From assembly GCA_002269645.1 (NCBI GenBank), contig NIVC01001225.1, forward strand, positions 1 to 64,000: 64,000 nucleotides of DNA. Direction: 5' to 3'. The stretch's first letter is position 1. Every line of letters begins with the position of its first letter. The position numbers and the translations under genes were made by a program. Of the stretch, positions 1 to 12,184 are shown piece after piece. The notes beneath the pieces were generated by a model that was not told where the DNA came from, did not search any database, and saw only the letters and a program-made list of their open reading frames with translations. The stretch is from Macrostomum lignano. Its lineage: Eukaryota.

Positions 1-2171
1 GCCTGTCTGCCAGCTGTCCGTTCAGTCCGGGGTTCAACCAGAAGTTCGGGCAGACGGCTAGGTGGGTTGCAGTGCGAGTGCAAGTGTAGCCAATTCATCG
101 TAATTGTTGCTTTGCGCTGATCATTTTGAAACTTCGGATTCAAACACCCCACCTCCCTGACTGATTCTCCATTTAAACACCCACCTCCCTGACTGATTCT
201 CCATTTAAACAGTCCCACCTCACTGACTGATTCTCCATTTAAACAGTCCCACCTCACTGACTGATTCTCCATTTAAACAGTCCCACCTCACTGACTGATT
301 CTCCATTTAAACAGTCCACCTCACTGACTGATTCTCCATTTAACAGTCCCACCTCACTGACTGATTCTCCATTTAAACAGTCCCACCTCACTGACTGATT
401 CTCCATTTAAACAGTCCCACCTCACTGACTGATTCTCCATTTAAACATCCACCTCACTGACTGATTCTCCATTTAAACACCACCACCTCTGACTGATTCT
501 CCATTTAAAACACCACCACCTCACTGACTGATTCTCCATTTAAACACCCCCACCTCACTGAATGATTCTCTCATTTAAACACCTGCTACCGGCTCAAACA
601 GTCGTCACAATCGGCCCGTATTCCGTGACTCACAGGTGTAGGAGCTGTTGCAACCAGCGACCAGCATATCCGCATAAGCTTTGGCAATGCTGAACAGCGC
701 ATTGGTGGTTGTCATCATGAACAATCCCGGATAGAACTGCGGCGAGGCAGCCATTGGCCAGCTGTTGTTGCAGCGGGAGCTGTAAGCCAAACTGCCCGTG
801 GTGCTGCAGTTGAACAGAGCCTCGTAGTAGGGCACCAGCCACGGGTTGTCGATGCTGCTGTCAGCCGACAGGCCGCTCAGGTGGGCCGTCACTCCGGCAA
901 CGTCGGGCGAGTTCACCTGCATCACCCAGCTGTTGTTGGCGCCCGGCCCAGGCCGCTCAGGGCGCTGTCGCGCGTCATTTCGCCCCAGTAGTTGCTGGCG
1001 ATGAACACGAGGCCGTTGTTGTCGGCGGTCAGCTGGACGAGGTCGGCCGATTTGTCCGACAGCACCACCACTACTCGGGTCTTGGAGATGTCGACTGTGA
1101 AATGAAGCCGGTTGAAATTGAGATTTGAAGTATCGAAATACTAAGAAAAATGTCTGTGTACTGGGGCGCTGCTATTGTAACATGCAACTCGCTGACAACT
1201 CTCACTCTGTCTTCCAACTGCAGCTCAGGGCTGCTGCCAACTAACCGCGACCGACTCTGCTTAACTCTGCTTCACTCACTCGGCTGGGTACCCTTTTGAA
1301 ACCATTACTATGCTCGTTAATCGGCGCACTTTAATGCACTTTATTCACATTAACGTGATTCACAAGTCTTAAATAGAAAATTGATTTTGAGCCAAAAGCT
1401 GAGATTTTCACCAACTTGCTTCTCACGCATCAGTCAGTTTATACAAAATTTGAAATTAAATCCTCTGCAGTATAACTCACGGATAATGTTCGACAGGATG
1501 GAGGCCACCGAACCGTCTGTGCCGACCTCAAGGCAGCGTGGCACGCAGATTCCCTCCCGCAGAGCCTGCACTCGGAACTCAGTAGCCAGCCGGTTTCCAT
1601 AATCATTGTTAGAGTACACCAGCTGGACGCACTTCCAGTTGAACTTGTTGATGACGGCGATGATGGCAGACACCTGCGACAGGCTGGCTGGTACGGTGCG
1701 GAAGACGCCCAGGGCCGTCAGGCCGTCGGAGCTGGCCGACGGGCTGACCAGCGGAACGCCGCCGAGGTCACGCAGCACCGGAGCCAGCGCTGTCGTCACG
1801 GCGTCGCCGTAGCTGACCCAGCTCCGGATCTTTGACGCGTCGATGTTGGCACCAGTCGACCTGTCGGGTAGCAGCAGGGTGCCCTGAGAGATGGACGTCA
1901 CCAGGCTGATGGCCACTGATGAGGAGCCGCAGACATCCAAGATGAGGGCGCCCAGCTTCACGGAGCCGCCGAAGCGCACGTCTGACTTGTTCCCGCCGTT
2001 AATGTAGTCCAGCGTCCACCTAACGGCCTCGGTGTAGCCGAAGCCTTCACCAGTTTTGACCGGGCCGCAGGCACCGCCGGAGCTGCCAGGAGAACGAACG
2101 TTGACCAGAACACCGACAAGGATGTCGCCCGGTAGGTACAGGTAGTTTGGCGTGCCAGTGAAGTACGGCGC
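1..2171 (-). CDS. VFT module 3 (end of exon 6, exon 7, start of exon 8), runs off the window
   Basis: YLPGDILVGVLV...CG, VKLGALILDVC, VPLVSPSASS, FRTVP, FNWKCVQLVYSNNDYG, NPWLVPYYEALFNC, C...SVCPNFW. Confidence 0.8.
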
Positions 2172-5100
2172 GCACTCGCTGCACCGGGAAGTGTCGCCGC
2201 ACGAAGAGGAAAGCGTGGCGACGCCGTGAGCGAGCTGCAGCAGGCCGGTGTCGAGGCTGAAGGCGGGCACCGTGGCTCCCACGGCCTCGTAGGCGGCGCT
2301 GCCGTTTTTCACGTTGTACACAGCCAAGCCGAAGGTCGGCACGGAGCGATCAGCAAAGGTAAAAGTCGAACCAGTCGATGGGTCGGTGAACCTGCCGTCC
2401 CCAAGCTGAGCAATCAGGTCGGCCTGCAGCCCAGTTCCGGTGCCGTTTCCGGCCGGGGAGGCGAACCAGAACGCGGTGCAGACGCCGCCGCTGCCGCCTG
2501 TGCAGACGCGGCTCAGGCGGGTTGAAGCGGCCAGCGCGTAGCTGGCCGACGCTCGCAGCACAGAGGAGGTGTAGGCGGACTCAGTGTACCTGGCCGAGGC
2601 TGTCAGGCTGTGCGAGGCGGCGCCAGAGCACAGAGTTGTGTAGCCGCGCATGCTGGCAGCGGACAGCGAGCAGCTGTTCAGGGACTCGTACCACTCCGAG
2701 TACCAGGGGTTCGCGGCTGTCTCGTTTGCCAGCTCGCGAGTCCGACCAGCCCAGGTCTGGTAAGGCGTAGCGGAGGCCGGGCGCGGCTCACCGACTGTGA
2801 TGACGCCCTGCGATTGGCTGACGCTGGTGGCAGTCAGCGCCGATTGGCTGGAGCCCCAGGCGACACCGCCGACCAGCTGGACTGGCGCCGTCACCTGCGG
2901 CAGCAGTTGGGCCGCGTCGCTAGCCGTCACCAAGGCGACAACTACGGCTGCCGAGGTGCGCGTTTTCACCTGGGCCATCACCTGGGCGTGGGTGCCGTTG
3001 ACGCCGATCACGTAGGTGGCCGAGACGCAGATGCGCCGGGAGCGCGCACCGGCAATGAAGAGGCGCGCAATCTCCTGGTTGGCGGCGTCCGGTGAGCAGA
3101 CCAGCTGGACGTAGTTGACGGACAGAGACGCCAGGGTGGACAGCAGAGCCTCGGCTTCGGCGGACGCGGAGGCCACAGTCTGGTAGAGATAGGGACTGGA
3201 GGTCAGAGCGGCTGGCCTGAAGGAGATCAGCGATCGCCGCTGGGCCGCCAGCAGCTGGGCGATGCCGTCGGTGCTGCTGGCGCTGCCGGAGCCGACCACG
3301 CCGATGATGCGGCTGGGATCGAGGCCGGCGATTCTCCGGGCGCCGCTCAGCAGGGAGTCGACGAGGTCCTGGCCCAGCACGGAGCTGCCGCAGTCGTCGA
3401 TTGCCACGGCGCCAATGAGGTCGGTGGCGTTCACCAGGGAGTTGGCCTGGCTCACGGAGTACAGAAAGGCGTCCAGCTCGCTGCTGCCATCGAGGCTGAC
3501 GGCGCCGCAGCTGCGCGGACTGGAGCCGGGCGAGTGCACGGAGAACACGCCCAGCAGGTAGAGCTGGCCGGGCACGTGGGCGAATTTGAAATCCGGCGCG
3601 GCGGCCAGGCAGCCGGAGCAGGGCGCCGCAGGGCAGGCAAACTGGGGCAGCGGGATCACGGCGTCCCTGCGCGATGGTGAGTCGATAATTCTTAGTGTTA
3701 CTAATAGTAGTGGTGACTTTTCGATTAGCTAGCTGCATTAAAACCTTTGCATCGTTTACGGAGCAGTTGAATAGACAGGTACAAGTAGACAGGTGGGTAT
3801 AGAGGTAGACGACGGGAGGCATGTAGGTAGACACAGTAGATATATTGGTCGACAGGTAGGTAAACTGGTAGACAGGTAGGTATATTGGTAGGCATGTAAG
3901 TATTACAGGTAGACAGGTAGGTATACTGGTAGACAGGTAGGTACACTGGTAGACAGGTAGGTATATTGGTAGGCATGTAAGTATTACAGGTAGACAGGTA
4001 GGTATACTGGTAGACAGGTAGGTACACTGGTAGACAGGTAGGTATACTGGTAGACAGGTAGGTATACTGGTAGACGGTAGGTAACTGGTAGACAGGTAGG
4101 TATACTGAGACAGGTAGGTATACTGTAGACAGGTAGGTAATATTGATAGACAAAGTAAGCATAAGGGTAGTCAGACAGGTATAGACAATTAGACAGTCCA
4201 TATTCAATCTAAGTAATAAAATATAGCTGCCAGTGCCTGCAACGAATCGCTATGAGCCTCACCTGGCCGAGTTGTACACATTCACGCTGCCGGACCGCCA
4301 TTCAGAGAAGGTACCAGCCAGACGAACCCCCACACGGACGTAGGCAAAGGCTGTGCCGTTCTGCCGCAGGTTGTGCACAAAGTAGTTGGTCTCGTAGGGT
4401 TCGCCGGTGTCCGTGAGCCGCAGCTGCTTCACCCGCCGGTCTGGCTCGCTGCTCGCCGTCGAATATCTGCCGGGGGAATTCGATTTTCGTAAGACTGGAC
4501 CGTTTGAGCATCTCAGTGTGAGACTAGACCATTTGAGAATCTCAGTGTGGGACTAGACCATTTGAGAATCTCACCGTGAGACTAGAATATTTGAGCATAT
4601 CCCCATTGAGACTAGACCATTTGAGAATCTCACCGTGAGACTAGACCATTTGAGAATCTCATTGTGAGACTAGACCCTTTGAGCATCTCTCCATTGAGAC
4701 TAGACCATTTGAGAATCTCATTGTGAGACTAGACCATTTGAGAATCTCATTGTGAGACTTGACCGTTTGAGCATCTCACTATGAGACTAAACCATTTGAG
4801 CATCTCACCGTGAGACTAGACTAGACCATTTTAGGCATCTCAGTGTGAGACTACATGTAGACCATTTGAGAATCTCCCCATTGAGATTAGACCATTTGCG
4901 AATCTCACTGTGAGACTAGAATATTTGAGCATCTCATCGTGAGACTTACAGTAGACCATTTCAGCATCTAACAATGAGACTAGACCACTTGAGCATCTCA
5001 ATGTGAGACTAGACCGTTTGAGCCTCTCAATGTGAGACGAGACCATTAAAGCTACCTCAGAGAGCCATAGAGCCTCTCACCTGGCAATCCGCTCAGCGGC

Positions 5101-7833
5101 CGTATAGCTAAAATCGGTCGCAGCCACCGCCGCGCTCAGCTCAGCATAGGTGGCGCCGCGCAGAGCCGCGCAGACCCCGCGAGCCCCGGCGCATTTTGTC
5201 TGCCAGAGTGAGCGCAGCGCCCTGGCGTAGGCGAAAGCGGCATCGATGGCCGGCTCGACCAAGCGGTTCTGTTGGTACTGGGCGGTGGCGGTGGCCATGT
5301 TGAAGGCCGGACAGGGGGAGCTCCGGGATTGGCCAGGTTGGTGCCGCCGGACAGGGTGCAGTTGCGGTCTGCATGAACCACTGCTGGAAGGCGGCGTTGC
5401 CACTACTGGCCACGTTGGACAGCTCGTTCAGGTAAAACGTCTCAAAAGCGTCGTTCGTTCGGTAGCCGAGACTCACGGAGGTCAGGCCGCGGGCGTTCCT
5501 GACGCTGAGCAGGGCGGCCGGATTGCCGAACGAGTCGGACATGATCCACTGGAAGGCGCTGGACGCCAGGTCGTTGAACAGTGGCGCGAAGTCGGCCAAT
5601 GAAACGACGGCCACCACGGCTCGAACGCCGGAGTCGCGCAGGCGGCCCAGAGCGGACGAGATTTCCGCTGCGCTTGGCGCAACGCTGATGGCTGACGCCT
5701 GGGCTACGCAGATGCCCAGGGAGGCGCTGAGGCTGACCAGGGCAGACTGACCGGCGGTGCCGTACGCGTCCGTGGTGTACAGGATGCCGATGTGAGTCCA
5801 GTTGTACTGCTTGAGCACAGCCCCGATTGCCTGCAAAAGTGTTGGCAGTGGTCTTCGCATGGCAGTAATAGTTGTGACAAAGGGGGTTGTAGCCTAGTAA
5901 GGGGGTTGTGGCCTAGTTAGGGGGTCGTAGCCTAGTGGTTAGAGCGTCAGACTCACGACTTGAAGGTCGTGGGTTCGATTCCCGATCCAACTGGAACAAT
6001 TTGTGTCCTTGAGAAAGACAACTAACTCTGCATTGCTTCAGTCCACCCAGCTGTAAAATGGGTGCCAGCATTAGCTGGGGTAATTGAGGGTGTGTGTGGC
6101 GACCCCCCAGTCCTTGGACTGAACAGCCGTACGCAGCCTTCAGATGCGCCGCGCAATAGCTGTGGCTGAGCTGTCGGTTGCACATGTGCCCAATAGGGCA
6201 GGTGTAATCAATTACGCTCGTATTATTATTACAACAATAATTCCAGCCTATAAACTACTGGCACCCGATGCATCCTGTTGAATTTTAGAATATTGATGAA
6301 GTTCAAGCATCGCACCGTGAACTCACATCAAACTGGGCGGTGTCGCTCGGGATGGTTCGGAAGAAGTTCGGATAGGCCGAGCGGTCGCTCAGGCCGGGCC
6401 CGCTGGCCGAGTAGGAGACCAACGGGATGCCGAAGTCGTTGAGCAGCGGCGCGAGCGACACGGCCGAGTCGGTGGTAGCTGGGCCGATGACGCCGGGCAC
6501 CAGGGTCTGGTTGGCTGAGCAGGAGGCTGCGGTGGACACCAGCTCGGGAAGATGGAGTCCAGCAGTGAGTCCGTCACCTGGCGCCTGCCGCAGGTGTCGT
6601 GAACGCTCAGCACTGCGGATGCAGGTGTTCATTTGAGAAATTATTCTCAAAAGCCCATTTTTAATGTTTCTCAATCCGCTGACTCAACCTTGCTACTCAA
6701 AGCTCATGCACTTTTACAGACCACTGACTCAACCCTGCTACTCAAAGCTCATGCACTTTGAGACGCCGTGAAGCCACAATTACTCACCGAACTTCACTCC
6801 GGGAATGTAGCTGTCATTTATTGCCAAGCCGGCTTCCGTTCCAGAATCCTTATTTAACAGATCGAACGCCCATTCCAACGCTTTGATGCTTGGCCAGGCG
6901 TCTGTGGAAAGAAATTGCATTTCATTTTAGCTCGTACTTTACATTACATTACATTACATTACATTTTTCCAGTGGAAAGTCGAATCAAGTAATTAATTTC
7001 TTACAGTTTACAGTTCTTACAGAAAGTAAATCTTTATTGGAATAACCAAGCTATTGAACCCATGCTTTTCATTGTCTATGGTCCAAAGGAGATCTAGGGA
7101 GCAAAAAATTCGAAAATTTTAGCGCGCGGTTTCATCAGTTGTGCAACAACTACTTTGGCGCTGGCGCCAATCCGGTGCTGGCGCCGTATTGGTGCTAGCG
7201 CCGCTTTAGTGTTAGCGCCATATTCGTGCTGGCGCCGCTTTAGTGTTAGCGCCGTATTCGTGCTGGCGCCGCTTTGGTGCTGGCGCCGCTTTGGTGCTGG
7301 CGCCGTATTGGTGCTGGCGCTGCTTTAGTGTTAGCGCCGTATTCGTGCTGGCGCCGCTTTGGTGCTGGCGCCGCTTTGGTGCTGACGCCGTATTGGTGCT
7401 GGCGCTGCTTTAGTGTTAGCGCCGTATTCGTGCTTCCGCCGCTTTAGTGTTAGCGCCGTATTCGTGCTGCCGCCGCTTTAGTGTTAGCGCCGTATTGGTT
7501 CTGGCGCCGCTTTGGTGCTGGCGCCGCTTGTGTGCTGGCGCCCCCACGATGGTGTACATGAAAGACGCCGTACCCTAATAAAAATCCTGACTAAAGCCCT
7601 GACTCACCTTCAACCAGATGCGAGCAGCCGAAACCGTCGGTGCCGGGCCGACGCAGCGCCGCCAGCACGGGCACCCGAACCGAGGCCGCGCTGCCGCCGC
7701 TGCCTAGCGAGAAAGGCGAATAGGCGGCCGATGCGGCGCAGGCCTCAGCCTCCAGAGACGATGCTGCCGATGCCGGCCGAAAGACAGCAAGCAAGACTAA
7801 GGACAGAGACACAGACAGCCAACTGACGGCCAT
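1..7833 (-). CDS. Multi-Venus-flytrap class C GPCR-like (mGluR/CaSR-type ectodomain) protein, 3'-partial; coding exons 7608-7833, 6788-6901, 6327-6612, 5081-5830, 4263-4466, 1481-3666, 634-1094, <1-57
   Basis: ATG at 7833 is followed by a hydrophobic signal peptide (MAVSWLSVSLSLVLLAVFRPASA). All junctions are GT-AG with matching phases (1,1,0,2,2,1,1). mGluR-like motifs include ALEWAFDLLNKD..IPGVKF, VHDTC, VIGP, IPLVSYSAS..LSDRSAYPNFFRTIPSD, YNWTHIGILY..DAYG and NPW..C, and they recur in three modules. The model needs four +1 corrections in homopolymers (942-944, 5314-5318, 5366-5367, 6546-6548). No 7TM domain lies in the window, so the GPCR assignment rests on the ectodomain only. Confidence 0.85.
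148..580. repeat. ~36-37-bp minisatellite (CCCACCTCACTGACTGATTCTCCATTTAAACAGT-like), ~12 copies, intronic
   Basis: Direct tandem copies are visible with small indels. Confidence 0.95.
2202..3608 (-). CDS. VFT module 2 (within exon 6), degenerate
   Basis: HVPGQLYLLGVFSVH...CG, IGAVAIDDCG, IIGVVG, NPWYSEWYESLNSC, C..G..GVC..FW. Confidence 0.8.
3770..4140. repeat. ~20-bp minisatellite (GTAGACAGGTAGGTATACTG) with higher-order variants
   Basis: Tandem copies are visible; explains spurious ORF 3725-4207. Confidence 0.9.
4263..7833 (-). CDS. VFT module 1 (exons 1-5) of the multi-VFT receptor
   Basis: Best-conserved mGluR-like module: GPATTDSAV, SYSASG, PSD, DAYG, GNAAFQQWF...NC, LVEPAIDAAFAYARAL. 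Confidence 0.85.
4490..5045. repeat. ~29-bp minisatellite (GAGAATCTCANTGTGAGACTAGACCATTT) filling most of intron 4
   Basis: About 18 tandem copies; each contains an imperfect TCTCA-nnn-TGAGA palindrome. Confidence 0.9.
5920..6240 (+). mobile_element. tRNA-derived SINE family 1 (tRNA-Met-like head, CORE-like central block, 3' stem-loop, (ATT)n tail), full length
   Basis: A-box TAGCCTAGTGG and B-box GGTTCGATTCC. The central TGTGTCCTTGAG(A/C)AAGACA..TAAC....CTGTAAAATGGG resembles the MIR/AFC CORE block. The 3' end has a GCCC-AATA-GGGC hairpin and an ATT tail. A near-identical copy lies at 19120-19432. Confidence 0.85.
7150..7540. repeat. GC-rich minisatellite of ~17-bp alternating subunits (TGCTGGCGCCGCTTT(A/G)G / TGTTAGCGCCGTATTCG)
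   Basis: Tandem copies are visible in intron 1 of the VFT gene. Confidence 0.9.
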
Positions 7834-8509
7834 TTCTCTGCTATACTCAGAGTTAAACTCGAATCGATGAGTTGAGTCACAGCAACTGTTGCGATCAGAT
7901 GATATTTAAGAACAGCAATCGCGAGAACAGAAGACACACAGACACAGGCGGTTCAACTGCAGCGGCAATATTAACAAAAAGTTGGGTGGGTACGGGCGCG
8001 CCCATTGCGAGGTTGGGGGGGGGGGGGGCCGGGGTGCAGGCCAGTTTAGCCATTCATTCATTCATGCTTGAGCCTCTGGCGCAGAGATGCTTTGCTGGCA
8101 TTGAATCTTGCCAGATAGACTTGGAAACAAATCTCTCTTTCATTTCAGAGAGGACTCGCTCTAGAGAGGCGCAGGAATCTCATTCGCAAGAATAGTGGGG
8201 GCGGACAGTTCAGTTGTGTCAGGGTGCGGTGTGCTGTAATTCTATCGCAGAGTAGCTATTATGGTATGCTGGCGATTTCGAACCTTTTGTTGCTTCATGC
8301 TCTACTCATACCGTAGGTGAAGATCTAGTAGTGATAAATTGGCAGCGTTTGTTCGATTTTTTTATTAGTTACGAACTTACCAACTGAATAACTAATAAAC
8401 TACATTACTAACTAACTGACTAACAAATTTACTAACTAACTGATAAACTAACTAACTTATTAACTAGCTGTACATCGTGTGTCAGCGTATGCGCTAACTA
8501 ACTGACTGG

Positions 8510-11972
<3,463 letters not shown>

Positions 11973-12184
11973 CGCTACGTTATATATAATATTTATTAAA
12001 TAGCGCATGAATGTCAAGTGACACTGGAAATTTGGTGCCTCTGGCAAAAATTCAAAATATCTTTTAACCGCTCATAGCCAGCATTCTGTTTTATTAATTG
12101 AAAGAATTAATTATGTTGAAAATTGAAAACAAAAATTCAAATCCTGAATAAGTGCAACTGGCGGCTGCAACTCTGTCCCAGAGC

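Noticed and set aside
2226-3561. Overlapping plus-strand and alternate-frame ORFs over the VFT exon
   Set aside because: Shadow ORFs of GC-rich coding sequence with no recognisable motifs.
4490-5045. CRISPR-like array (29-bp palindromic repeat); also considered for 49661-50098
   Set aside because: There are no unique spacers, the units are contiguous, the context is a eukaryotic intron, and there are no cas genes.
5920-5995. tRNA gene (Met/Val-like); also at 19120-19195 and the family-2 heads
   Set aside because: Imperfect acceptor and anticodon stems, no poly-T terminator, and the sequence continues into a shared SINE body.
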